DNA of 63,991 nucleotides, filler included, from Olpidium bornovanus S191 (lineage: Eukaryota > Fungi > Olpidiomycota): NCBI GenBank assembly GCA_017911155.1. It is 32 parts of 32 records of this genome, joined end to end, with 100 filler letters (N's around TTAATTAATTAA, not from the genome) between each part and the next. Parts side by side here need not be neighbours in the genome. Positions count along the whole stretch, not along the records: positions 24,403 to 26,485 come from JAEFCI010013109.1; positions 26,586 to 27,699 come from JAEFCI010013374.1; positions 27,800 to 30,061 come from JAEFCI010012374.1; positions 30,162 to 31,792 come from JAEFCI010007551.1; positions 31,893 to 35,347 come from JAEFCI010011598.1; positions 35,448 to 37,687 come from JAEFCI010011860.1; positions 37,788 to 39,069 come from JAEFCI010002410.1; 25 more parts are not named here. One strand, written 5' to 3'. Positions 26,421-38,268 of the stretch are shown piece by piece. How positions within the stretch are numbered: position 1 is the first letter of the stretch; each line of letters opens with the position of its first letter. Both the position numbers and the translations under genes were made by a program. The notes under the pieces are model-generated. The model made no database searches, was not told where the DNA came from, and worked only from the letters and a program-made list of their open reading frames with translations.

Positions 26421-26585
26421 GCGTTGCCGACGGCGGAATCCCCCTCCCGGAGCGGTAGGGTCGCCGACCGGCGACCGCGGAACCCNNNNNNNNNNNNNNN
26501 NNNNNNNNNNNNNNNNNNNNNNNNNNNNNTTAATTAATTAANNNNNNNNNNNNNNNNNNNNNNNNNNNNNNNNNNNNNNNNNNNN

Positions 26586-27451
26586 ACGGCCAGCAGGGTG
26601 ATGCCGAGGGCTATTTAAACCCAAGCGGGGAAGGGTAATAAGCACTGCACAGCACAGTTAACACTGCCGGAAAGAGAAGGAAAAAAATCGAAGCCGGACG
26701 TACATGTATTCAAAGCAGTGATTTGGTTTCCAAGAGTCCCAACAGCCTGCACAATACTTCGGCCGTTGACCTTCAATTCCGCGAGCGCCGTTTGAAGGGC
26801 CATCATGTTAGCTGCCATTTTTGCGACGTCATCGCCGATCAAGCTGTCCAGGCCTCCAAAATCTATCTGGGCGACTTGGTCAATGGTCGAATTCACCATC
26901 GAACCGGCCAAGGCGATCAGCGAAGTGAGGGACGCCGGTACGCTCTCGGTCTTTGACATGAGGTCGTCCATAAGAGCGTTCGCCGTTGCGTAAACGCGGT
27001 TCAATCCGAACGTTATTTGGGCCGACCCACCAACGTTCATCAAAGCGACAAAGCTGTGGTCCGCGGTGGTACAGATTTTTTTTTTGCACACGCGCAGGGG
27101 GTTCCGGTGAGACGAAAAAAAAAGTCTCCGGCGCACCAGGCATTTCCCAAGCGCCTCGGCCAGCCCCCCCACGTTTGAGGAGCATCATCGCCAGGGACGC
27201 ATCCCGCTCCGCCGCTGCGGCGGCCGCGTTAACTCACATCAGAAGGACGCTAAAGACCGCTAACGCGGTTCCTGTAGCCTGCCGCGTCCTCGGCGGGTAC
27301 GCGTATCGCCCTCGCAGGCACCACCGGACGCATAACCCGTAACATAGCCAGGGCAGGGCGATCAACGATAAAAATGCCGTCAAAAGAAGCAGGCCGACAA
27401 GTATGGCCAGCGGCTGTTGTTTCGGCGAGAAGTCCCGGGGCGTGACGACGA

Positions 27452-27487
<36 letters not shown>

Positions 27488-27699
27488 AGCCAGTGAGGCC
27501 TGCAAAAATTCAAGAATTCGCCTCACGAAGCCGCCGCGCGAAGGGAATTTTTTTTAAAAAAAAATCTGTCCTTTGCGGTTCACGCACCAATCCGGCCGTC
27601 GTGAGGTACGTGGCGGCCGTTGTCTCCCCTTGCAAATTCAGTAGGCTGGGCAATTGAAGGTCATACGCTGCGTTGACCACCCCCACGCCCGCGGACATG
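26586..27699 (-). CDS. Multi-pass membrane protein fragment, Tweety/prominin-like topology
   Basis: Spliced PLAILVGLLLLTAFLSLIALPWLCYGLCVRWCLR (TM1 plus Cys-rich juxtamembrane), ALAVFSVLL|IFVALMNVGGSAQITFGLNRV (TM2), then a long helical ectodomain-like segment. Confidence 0.45.
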
Positions 27700-27980
27700 N
27701 NNNNNNNNNNNNNNNNNNNNNNNNNNNNNNNNNNNNNNNNNNNTTAATTAATTAANNNNNNNNNNNNNNNNNNNNNNNNNNNNNNNNNNNNNNNNNNNNG
27801 CATGACTGGCGGCGCGGGGAACACGAGTACGAGATGCGGTGTGAGATGCGGCGACGGCACGCCAGTCGAGGAGAAGATTACCGAGGTGAGCGCGCGTTTC
27901 GCCCGTCTCGATTTTGCGGGACGGGCAGGCCGGAAGCGAGCTCACTTCGCCGCTGTGCCTCACCCGCGGTAAAAGACGCA

Positions 27981-28637
27981 GATCGACCAGACACGCTCTG
28001 CCGCCATTACCACCAGCAGCAGGACCAAAGCGCGAAGTTGGATCCGCCGAACCAGTCGGCTTACGAACCGTACCCGGGAGGTTACATGACGCAGGGAGGG
28101 GAACACCACCAGCAGCCGCGCAGCCGGTGGCAGCAGGTCCTGGCCGGCGCCGGAGCCGCTGCGGGCGCAAGCGCGGCCGCGATCAGCGAAGAGAGCATGA
28201 GGTGTCTCAAATACTGTCTCCAGTGGCTGCAGGTGCGCCTTCGCCGATGTTGGCCCCGGGATCCGGAAAATTTTGTTGTTTTATCCCTCGGTCGCCGCGA
28301 TCCGACTTTTCTTCCCGTCCCCTTCCGGGATCCGGTCCCCGCGTCTCGCAGTACGCGTCCTCCCACATAGAGCACCAGATCACGCTCCTCCGCTCGTTCC
28401 TCGCCATGCTGTCGTCGGGGAAATCGGACTCCATGGCGATCGCCATTCCCTCGTCGGCGGCCAGCACGCTGGCGGCCATCAAGCACGAGGTCGTCGAGAC
28501 GCTCAGGAAAGTCGTCGACATTGTCGGGCGATACGCCGGCGCCGCGCTGCCTGGTGAGGCGCGGAAGGCGGTCAGGAGCTTCATTCTGATGCTTCCCAGC
28601 CGATGGGTGAGCTCGTCTGCGAGGCGGGCGGGAAAGT

Positions 28638-28677
<40 letters not shown>

Positions 28678-29344
28678 GGGGGGTTGGGAGCGGGGACTTT
28701 GAAATTTGGTCGGAAGTCCCTCACCCGCCTTAACGGCGACTCCGTTTTAATTCCTTTCTCTCTTTCTCTCTCTCTTTCTCTCTCTTTTGTTTTTGTTTCC
28801 TCAGGCGACTCTGAACACTCAGACCTCCGGGGAAGCCTCCCCCTTGGCATCGCCGATGGCGACCGGTTCGCCGAATTCGCCGCTGGTCAGCATTGCCGGA
28901 GCGACGCCGGGAGTGGGCCTGCGACCGACGGAGAGCGCGCACCGCGTGCTCACGCTGGCGAACGAGTCTCTCGTCATGCTCAAGTCGGTGGCGGGCATCA
29001 TGGGCGACACGGTGCAGCGGGCGGAGGCCTGGGTCGAGCGGCTGCGCACCATGGGCGTGACCGCGGCCTGCGTCTCCGGGCCTTCGGACGCGTTCTCGAC
29101 CTCCTCGGCCTCGTCCGCGTCGCCACCCATGCCGCCGATACCCGGAAGTTTTCCCCCGCCGGACGCCCACGCGTACCTGCAGCACCGCCTCCTCCAGCAG
29201 GGGCACCCGGACCACCCCATGGACGGCCAGCCCGCGACGGGAGCTGCGGCGGCGGCCGCGGCCGCGGCGACGAAGCAGCAGCAGCAGCAGCAGCAGCCGT
29301 CGGCGGCGGCGTCGGTGGCCACCCAGCCGGAGAGCTCCCGCTGA
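27981..29344 (+). CDS. OPI1: Opi1/Yas3-family transcriptional regulator, 5'-truncated
   Basis: RSRWQQVLAGAG...SEESMRCLKYCLQWLQ|YASSHIEHQITLL...IKHEVVETLRKVVDIVGRYAGAALPGEARKAVRSFILMLPSRW|...AHRVLTLANESLVMLKSVAGIMGDTVQRAEAWVERL, with a C-terminal polyQ. Confidence 0.88.
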
Positions 29345-29687
29345 AAAAGGGCGGGAACGGGAACCCGCTCCCCCCCACTTCCTGCCCGCTCGCGAAGGGC
29401 GGCGGAAAGGGAGAGGGGAGGGGGGGCGGGGGGTGGCGATGGTGGTACTTGTGCCGCTTCTTCTCCGGCGGGGGCCTCCCGAGAATGGATTTTTTTTTGC
29501 GTGTGGACTTTTCGCGTTGCCGACCCAAAACGGTTCTGGATTTACGGCGGCGGCGGGAGGAGGGGGAGGGGGGGGAGGGGGGGGGCGGGGGGGGGGCCGG
29601 GGGGGGCGCGGGGGGGGGGGGGGGGCGGGGGGGGGGGGGGGGGGGGGGGGTGGTGTGTGGGGGGGGGGGGGGGGGGGAGGGGGGGGG

Positions 29688-29821
29688 AGCGCTCTTCGAT
29701 TGCCGGGTTTCGAGGGAGACTATTCTATTGGTCGACCCCCCGTTTTGGGGGACGTCCTGCCCTCGATCCCGCCGCCGCTTCCGCCCTTTGACCGCCTCTC
29801 GCCCTTTGCTCTGCGTCCTTC
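29688..29821 (+). repeat. Dispersed paired-CCAAT element, copy B
   Basis: AGCGCTCTTCGATTGCCGGGTTTCGAGGGAGACTATTCTATTGGTC...CCTGCCCTCGATCCCGCCGCCGCTTCCGCCCTTTGACCGCCTCTCGCCCTTTGC. Roughly 85-90% identical by eye to 44471-44605 and preceded by poly-G. Confidence 0.85.
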
Positions 29822-30782
29822 GCCCGCCGCCCCTCGTCTGCCGCCCTTCGCCCGCCGCCCGCCTTCCGTGGCGTCGGTCAAGGGCGACTGTTCGAAGGCC
29901 GTGCTAGAACACACCCCCCTTACTTTCCGCTCGCGGAAAGTCTTGTCGCGGCGCGTCGTCTTCCACCCGCCGGGCGGTCGATGCCTGGCGTAGTTGCGGT
30001 CTCCAGACAGCCCGGGGGGAGGAGCCATTGGGCTCGGCCGCCGTCTCGTTGGTTCGGCGGCNNNNNNNNNNNNNNNNNNNNNNNNNNNNNNNNNNNNNNN
30101 NNNNNTTAATTAATTAANNNNNNNNNNNNNNNNNNNNNNNNNNNNNNNNNNNNNNNNNNNNCATGCTTGGAAACTTCGGTTTTCTGCTGTGTTGAGTGTT
30201 ACCTTTCCGTAAAGGGCTACGTCAAAAGTATCCTTCAATTATTAGCCCCACAGAATCCCCCCTCACCAAAGATCCCATCGCCGAATCAAAATTCACTTCC
30301 CGTCAAAATCAAAAAAAAAATCCTAGTCAGAGTACCCGACAAAATCCTGGTGGAAAACCTTTGAAAAATCCCAGTCAGAATACCCGACAGAATCCTCGAA
30401 AAATTTTTGCCTGAAAGCGTTTTCCGAAGGACTCCATGCGGAATGCAGATCAGATTGGATCTGAACGTAGATTCAAAAATGGGGAGCTGAAGGCAGATTC
30501 TGAAAAGCAGATTACTGGGAATGCAAAAGGCGAGTTTCTGAGCCCAGGTTTTGACGGCAGATTCAAAACGCGGTCTTGGAAAGAAAATTGTAAATAGATT
30601 CAGCGCAGATCTCGTCTCAGGATTCACGACGCTACATGAAGGCGCAACGCCCGCCGAGTTGCGGTTCATTTGCTTAGAAAATTTACAAACACCAGGATAC
30701 AACAATAATACCCAGCCGGCCTGCGGCAAGGAGCCCTAACGTTAAAGCTCTACAGCGGCTTAGCCGCCTTGCAGCCTAAGGC

Positions 30783-31205
30783 TTATGGCTGTAAGAGAGC
30801 CTCTTCCCGTATTGGTGACAGCTCGTTGGGGGAGAATGTGCAACGGGTGGTTACAGCCAGGTCACACGTGGCTTGGTGGTCGGCGACGCCGACGGTGGAG
30901 TTGGCCCAAAAGATGTCGATCACGGAGCCGGCAGCGAAGTCAAAACCGGCGACGACGAGGCAGTTGTCGACGCCGTCGGCGGTGGCGATCCCGGGGGTCG
31001 TAATGTTCCCGTTGACGCTGGCGCTGGGGCCCGTGACTTTGACCATGGCGAACTTGGGAGCGGTGGCCAAGTCGGCAGAGCCGCCATCGTCTTGGGCATC
31101 CGCGACATCCGCCTCACCCGGCTGGCAGACGGTGACATTGACGGCTTGGGCGGGCGCGGAGGCGAGCACGGCGGCAGCGGCTGCGAAAACGAAAGCGACC
31201 TTCAT
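30783..31205 (-). CDS. Small secreted protein (140 aa, signal peptide, 4 Cys), intronless
   Basis: MKVAFVFAAAAAVLASAPAQA/VNVTVCQPGEAD...DNCLVVAGFDF...QATCDLAVTTRCTFSPNELSPIREEALLQP*. Classic signal peptide with AQA cleavage motif and coding-like third positions. Confidence 0.75.
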   Translation of the reverse strand: MKVAFVFAAAAAVLASAPAQAVNVTVCQPGEADVADAQDDGGSADLATAPKFAMVKVTGPSASVNGNITTPGIATADGVDNCLVVAGFDFAAGSVIDIFWANSTVGVADHQATCDLAVTTRCTFSPNELSPIREEALLQP

Positions 31206-31892
31206 CCCTTTTTGTTGTTGGTTTGCTGATGGTTTGCGGTGATGCTTGGTGGTGGCGCATGAAAACTGTGAGGTGGGGGTAGGAAAAGCGGGCGTCGAGG
31301 CGGGCAGCTTTTGTGCACCGTCCGGGTGGCGCGCAACCGTTTCCTGGTCCCGAGGGTCGGGTCCCCCTCCCGCCACACGTCCACGCCTCCACGTGGAGGG
31401 GCGCCCTAACCGAGTTCACTGAATTTTCTTACTGTGCGGCAGCACCGCGACCAGACCAGTCGCGGTGGGGGAAGGAGAAGGTGGGGGGAAAGGGAGGGAG
31501 AGCAATTCCGCCGCAGAAATTCCTTCCGGCCCACGTGGACATCTCCCACCACCTCGGCACCGCTCATGTGCACATGAAACAAGCCACATCCTACTCGTTC
31601 TGTCAAGTGTACATACCCCCGAGGTCTGGTGCTTATCTGCCTCCACCAATCAACGCACGGGCGTGTCTGCTGCATGTGTACACCTGGCCTACCATTTTGT
31701 GTTCTTGTATGCATCATCAGCATTGTCTAGGCCTATCGTGGGTCATACGAACAAGCGCTGACCGACTACATCAGTTTCAAAATCAACATTGANNNNNNNN
31801 NNNNNNNNNNNNNNNNNNNNNNNNNNNNNNNNNNNNTTAATTAATTAANNNNNNNNNNNNNNNNNNNNNNNNNNNNNNNNNNNNNNNNNNNN

Positions 31893-34268
31893 CCATGTCC
31901 GCCGGCGTCAACCGCGGTGAGTTCGATGATGCCGAATCCGACGACCAGTTGCTCGGCAAAGGTCCGGCGCCTTCGCCTTCGGAATCGGAGGGGCAGAGCG
32001 CTTCGGGGTACGTCGAAAGTTCCGAAAGCTTTCTTAGATCCGAGAGGTTGACGGCGCCGTCGGAGTCGGAAGTCACACGCTGCGCCGACGATCCATCCGA
32101 AAGCATTCCTTGACTGACGTCCTCATTGCTCCTCGCGCTCCTTCCTGGTCTATATTCGCTTTCAGGCTCGGAGGTGACTTCGGCCGCCCTTGTGGGATCG
32201 CCGGTGGGCAGCTTTAAGCCCCCGTCCCTCTCATCGTCGGTATGCGCGTCCGGCTCTTTCCCGCCACGATGGGTATCCGATCCATTATCGGTCAAATTTT
32301 TTTTTCCAGATCTCCTTCTAGCGAGTTTCCGCTGTTTCCGGGTTATCGAGTCATCGCCAGCACCGGCCTCGTCGGAGGCCGGGTTTTTCTCTACCCACCG
32401 AACATCATCGCGAGCCCATAAACCCGTCTTTTGAAGCGGTATCCACCAGTCTGACTCTAATTCGTCGTCGGAAAACAACTTTTCGTCCGCCGGCAATTTG
32501 AACTTACAAGTGTCCCCTTCGCAAAACGCAGACAAGGGCACTTTCTCTTGGACGACACGACTCTGCTTCGTGCATATTTCTTTCGCTTCCGCAGGCAGCA
32601 CGCTTTCCAGATACCGCCAATCGGCAAAGATCTCCCGCTGTTCCAGGTGGTAATCCTCATGAAGTTCCATGCGGTAATTCTCGTACGCCGCCTCGTCTTC
32701 TGACCACTCTGACTCGTAAGCCTCTCCGTCAGAGTGCACAGGGGACGGGCCGGCGTACGGCGACAAGGTTTGTTCCTGCACACTGTCCCTTTTTGGAAAC
32801 CCGACAACTCGTCGCTGGGGTTCATCCACGTCGGAGTCCATCCGCAGCATCTTGGCTGATTCAGGGTGCGTCTCTTCGTCATCGGTACTCAACCGCTTTC
32901 GCACACTGCTTCCTGCGATCTCCTCCAATTCGGTGTCGTCTTCCCCGTTGGCATGCCCGCTGGAATGCAGTGACTCACTGACGTCGGAAAGATCGCGCCC
33001 TTTGCCGCTTTCAGAGTCGGCCCCACCGCCATCCTGTCCTGCCACCAAGGCGACATCTCGCACCTCGTCATCATCCTTGAAATATGTTGCAGACTTCACG
33101 TTGTCGCCCTGCCCCTCCACGACGCGAAGCTTCTTCCTTGCCGGCTCTCCTGGTGCCCAGGCACGCCGAACTCTACGCAGCAAGTCGCGCTGGCGATCCA
33201 GGGCGGCTTCGGACAAGTCGTCACGCATCCGTTGCAGATCCAGGGCGCAGGAAACGTCCTCGAGGTCAGCCTAGACCGCCAGGGAGAAAATGCGCAGGCA
33301 AATAGCATCAGATAACTGTGCAATATACGCGCCTGGCGAGGAGCAGCAAGGCGGCAGGGAGGGGAAGGAGTGGAAGGGGATGGATTCGCACCAGAGCGAC
33401 TTCCGCCTTGGAGCGGACTTCCTTCGCAAGTATGGTGCGCCGCTCTTGGGTAGACATGGCGATGTCGCGGACAACAGGTGTAAGCCAGGACAACAACGAG
33501 CTGACTAGCCTGTCTGCTGCATTAACCAGAATCCCTGGCGTAGGCACCTGCTTGTGGACACTGCAGCGTGTCAGACACGGAGATAATCCCCTACGACCCC
33601 TTCATCCTGCAAGTCGAACCTGCCTCAAGAGTAAGGTTGACGCACTTACTACTTCATGACCTCCAGCGCCCTTTGGTCGTAAAACACCTCACGGCATCGC
33701 GCACGCCGGGCGTTTGCGGGCGTCGCCGGGAGCAGGCTGCCAGGCCGCACGCAGTGCTTGTCCGCGAGGTTGGACTGGAACACGCACCTGGAGTGCAGTG
33801 CGACCTTCCGGACCCGCTCGTTTTCGTCCTCAAGCGCGTGGACCGCCTTGGACTCTTCCCACTCGACGACAGACTCGGGGATCTCCCTCGCTGTCGGGAA
33901 GTGCGCGATGTCTAAGGGCGCGACTGTGCGGGAAACAGGTGGGGAGGGGACAACAGAGCGCCAAACCAGGGCGATTTCAGCCCGCCGCGCCCTCAAACCA
34001 CGACGACAAACGGGGGTGGAGGGAGGGTGTTGGGTTCTCCCTGGTGCGCGAACGGGGCGGCAGCCTCACTTTCGTCTAGCTCCTGCTTGGCGTTCTCGAG
34101 CAGGTCGAGGTAAGCGCGCACCTGCTCCGGCGTCTTTGATTCTACGTCCGCCGCGATCCCCTCGTCGTCCCAGCTGGTTCGCCTGGCTAAAGCGGCGAAG
34201 AAGCGCTCCTTCTCGTGCGACGACCAGAGGCAGCCGTGGACGCGGGACTCGCGGAGCGGGCGAGGCAT
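31893..34268 (-). CDS. RRN5: RNA polymerase I upstream activation factor subunit Rrn5-like, with long acidic tail, 3'-truncated
   Basis: SANT-like WSSHEKERFFAALARRTSWDDEGIAADVESKTPEQVRAYLDLLE, PTAREIPESVVEWEESKA, LLSWLTPVVRDIAMSTQE, DLEDVSCALDL followed by an acidic low-complexity ORF. Confidence 0.7.
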
Positions 34269-34452
34269 CGGGCTGCGGGCGGGGGCCGAAGGGCGCGGCG
34301 GCGTGGAAGCGCGCCGGTGCGTTATGCGCCCAGGCCCTTTGTGTCTCTGCGGACGCGGAGGGCGGGCGAATTATTTGATGTATCCGTGTGCGATGACTCT
34401 TTTGACGGATGGTGTTTGACTGTTCGGCGTTTGTCCTCGCTGCCGTCACCGT

Positions 34453-34491
<39 letters not shown>
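34453..34491. repeat. (CAG)12-CAA trinucleotide microsatellite upstream of RRN5
   Basis: Direct read of 12 perfect CAG units followed by CAA. Confidence 0.95.
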
Positions 34492-35013
34492 GTGAACCCG
34501 ATGCTGCTTTCGGCAGATTAGGTCGCAGCGGCCAGCCACCCAGCCGCCGCCGCAGGGAATTCTAGTTGCCTGTTGCGACAGGCGTACGGCACAGCTTGTC
34601 GTTGCACGTTGCATCTCCCCGTCAGCCGCCGTCCACGGCCAGCTCCTCCTCTCTTGCCAACGTGGAAGTTCGGAGACAGGAAGGAGGAAGACGGGGAGGT
34701 GCGAAGGGCGTAGAACTCGGGATGTCAGGCTTGACAAAAAATGTTCTTCGCGGTGACCCGCTGCTATCTACTCTAAGGCCTTTTTGTGGTACGACGCTCG
34801 AGGAGCTCTACGCGGGAACAAAAAGGGTTGGTGTGCGCAATGCGAGCGCGCGCACAGTCCAGGCTCTGTATATTGTGGAAACGTCGGAAGCACATATCTA
34901 CGCTGTACCTAATGGCGTCCTCTCAACGCGGGTGGGTGGCGGGGTACACGGCTTCGAATCCTTGCATTGGTCGGAACTCCCGTGCGCTTCTCGGACGGTC
35001 TCGCGGGCTGGCA

Positions 35014-35347
35014 TCAGATGCCCTCGCTCGCGAACGACCGCCTTTTCGCGCCGCCCGCTCCCGCCGCGTCGGTCGCGGAGCCGAAAGCCGCCCTGCGCTG
35101 CTCCTCCATCAGGCGGTCCACCTCGTTGCCAAAAGACGACGCGGAACCCCTCCGTCCCGGCGTGCCGCCGCCGGTGCCGAGATCTTCGACGGAAGCGCGT
35201 GGGGAACCGGAAGTGTACGTGATCCCCATGCCGTACCGGTCGCTGCTCTGGACGTTGCTGCGCTTCTGCTTGACCATGGTCATGGCGGCGCTCTCGTCCT
35301 CGGCCAGGCCGACTTCCGCCGTGAGGTCTGCGGTGCTGGAAACGGTC
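35014..35347 (-). CDS. Probable terminal exon of an unidentified gene
   Basis: Open frame TVSSTADLTAEVG...GRRGSASSFGNEVDRLMEEQRRAAFG...KRRSFASEGI* runs from the contig edge. No family motif. Confidence 0.35.
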
Positions 35348-37787
35348 NNNNNNNNNNNNNNNNNNNNNNNNNNNNNNNNNNNNNNNNNNNNTTAATTAAT
35401 TAANNNNNNNNNNNNNNNNNNNNNNNNNNNNNNNNNNNNNNNNNNNNAAGTGAAAGTAGTACGGTTTGGTTTGGTTCCAGGGTTTCTGTTTTCAGTGTTA
35501 TATCTGGAAAAAAACTATCTGGTAGCGTGCCATTTATTGATGAGGCGCGTCGACGGGTCCATATCATGCATTATACAGCGCGTGGAGGTGACGATGAATC
35601 TGTGTTCGTTTATTTTTTTGGTGTTTGCACCCCCACCTCCCCCTGTTTTTCTCGATTGCCGGCGAACTTTCCGCCTTACGAGGTATAGCGCCTGTGCAAT
35701 ATCGCGCGCGTACCTTTCGTCTCCTCGTCGTCCGGAAAAAAAACACACGCCTTCCTCCACCTTTTCCCCGGCCCCGCCCTTCCGTCCCCCTTAAAACGCG
35801 TGCAGACTACGGGCGCGAAAACAAAAACACGCACGGTTCGGCTCTCAGCTAACGGCACCGTTCTCCCGGCGGATGCGGGGTGCCCACATTCTTTTATCTT
35901 TTTGTTTTTTTTTCCTGGTTGTTTTCTTGTTTGTTTGTCTTTTGTTTTTTTGTTTTTTGTTTTTCTTTTTTTTGCAGAACAAGGCCGTCCTTACACAGCA
36001 CGGCGTAGGGTCTCTCGACGCGTTTGCGGCGAAGCAGAGAGCGACGTCGGTTTCCGATGAAAACACGCCCACGCAGACTCACCCGGGCCAAAAGAAGCAA
36101 GCGACGAAAACGGGGAAGGCCGCGTCGCCCTAGCCGAGGGGAAAACGCCGCCGGCGGCGACGAAGGAGCCGCGAGCGCGGCCGCCTCTGGCCTCCGCAGA
36201 TGGCGACGGCAAATGGCGCTGCGCGCCACGGCCGAACCCGTCGGCAGACCGCTACGGCTGATGACGCTCTTCGCGCCGTGGCGAAACCCAGGGCGTCTCT
36301 GAGCGGACCGGTCAGGCCGTCGGCGACTGTCGGACGGCCCCGTGAAGACGCGACATGCGAGGTCCGTTTCCACCAAGAAAGCAAAAAGCGCGTCTGAAAT
36401 GTCTGACTGCCGAAAGAAGCAAAAAATTTTCGAAGAAGTGCCCGGCGTCACTCTGGAGCCTACGCGGATGTCGCGAAGCGAGGTGTTGCAGCACTTTCAC
36501 CTATGGTTGTAAGATGTTTCGTGCCCAGAGATTCTTGATTTGGCGTTGTATAGGTAGACGTAAGCAAAAACTTCTAATAACTGCAACAGTTCCCAGCCCT
36601 CTCGTGGCCGTCATTCTCGGTTCTGCGACGTAAAATTGCTAATCCATCGTGCCCAACGGTGGTAAGGAACGGCCGCGAAGCGGCCTCCTATTTCATGCGC
36701 ATGCGCCTGTTGAACGTAAAATGTGTGACCAAAAAAAAACCTCTAACTTGACAAACGCTCTCGCTCACCTGGGATTTCTGCGTGCTGTTCTGCATCATCC
36801 ATAGGCGAAGAAGACGACGTCGATCACGGCAAGATCTTTACGTTAACTGGATTAGGAGGCCGTGACTGGAGTGGCATGAACAACAAAGCGATTAAAGTAA
36901 ACGAGGAAAGGAAGTTGACGGTTTGCGTTGTTGGAGGCTACAAAACCCCATCAACGTATGCCCCATTCGAGGGATATTGGCACGACGGGCTGAACATGGT
37001 CGAACGCTCGTGGGTTAAAACGTGATGAGTGTGAGCCCCTTAGCGAGAAGGGTTTTGGACCTGCGGTAAAAAGGAAGTTGAAGACACTGTCTCTCGGCTT
37101 TTGCTGGCTTTCTGGATATAAAGTTTGGCAGTTCGCGTTCAAGCAGATGCACTCCCAGGCCTTTCTCGGTCGTGCAGCGGCCGGCAATTCCGGGCCTGGT
37201 TGAAAGTTGACATGCATATCACACAACTTTGCGTAGGAAAAGTCGGCTCTCCAGATATCGAATGCTTCTCTTTATTCTCCACAAGCCCATAGTAGTATAA
37301 AATGCATATGTGACGGATGTGCGGAGAATGCACATGTTTTATTTTGGTTTCTTTCCGAATCACAGCTGCGATCTCAAAGTCGCCGATGACGGTCCTTTAT
37401 TTCCGCACACAAAAATACACGCAAAATTATTGGCTCTTCATTCCCACAAACACTTCACACAAACACATAGTTGGCCCTTCTTTCCAAACCCATCATGGCA
37501 GTAACATACAGATTTATCGGGTGTGCCGGAATAAATGCTCTCAATTGGTTCATTTCCGAATCATAGAGGCTTGGCTGAGTCGGCGAGTCTGGGCACTCCA
37601 GCCGATCGCACCCGGCCGGGATTGCCGGTGGGGGGAAAACGGGACGCAGGCGCGTTCGCAAGGCGCAGAAGCCCTGACGCGGAAGGCNNNNNNNNNNNNN
37701 NNNNNNNNNNNNNNNNNNNNNNNNNNNNNNNTTAATTAATTAANNNNNNNNNNNNNNNNNNNNNNNNNNNNNNNNNNNNNNNNNNNN

Positions 37788-38268
37788 GCAGAAGGTCGAT
37801 CGCGCGGACCTCATGTCCCTGGACGAAATCAACGCCCGCTTCCGCATGCTCAACACCGTCATCTGGCCGACGGTCGCGAAGCGGGTTGCCCAGTACCGCA
37901 ACAAAGCTAAAGAACGATTCGACGATGCGCATCAACTCGTCGATTTTCAACCCGGGACTGTGGTGATGTGGCAAAATCCCACACACTCGACGAAGCAACA
38001 ACCAATCTATGAAGGACCGGGCCGCATCCTTCGCAGGACGACCGGAGGATCCTACGTGGTCCTCGATACCCGCTCGGACCAAATCGTGGACCGTCGCTTT
38101 GCACCGTCCCAATTGAAGTTTGTGGCTGACCCGGCCACACCTTTACCAGACCGTTTCCAACGCGCCGCCGCCCCAAGCCCCGAACCGGCGACGCAGGTCA
38201 CACCGCGCCCTGCAGGACTCCCGTTTTTCGCTCCCAGCATGCATACCCGCTTTCGTTCGTACCCCTAA
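37788..38268 (+). mobile_element. Ty3/Gypsy retrotransposon integrase C-terminus (GPY/F module)
   Basis: AKERFDDAHQLVDFQPGTVVMWQNP...QPIYEGPGRILRRTTGGSYVVLD...RRFAPSQLK. No chromodomain before the stop. Confidence 0.85.

Noticed and set aside
35448-37687. Short exon-like pieces (NKAVLTQHG..., WECICLNANCQ...) on this contig; likewise contigs 13778-14886, 19113-20151 and 56796-58276
   Set aside because: No recognisable motif or consistent splice model; left unannotated.
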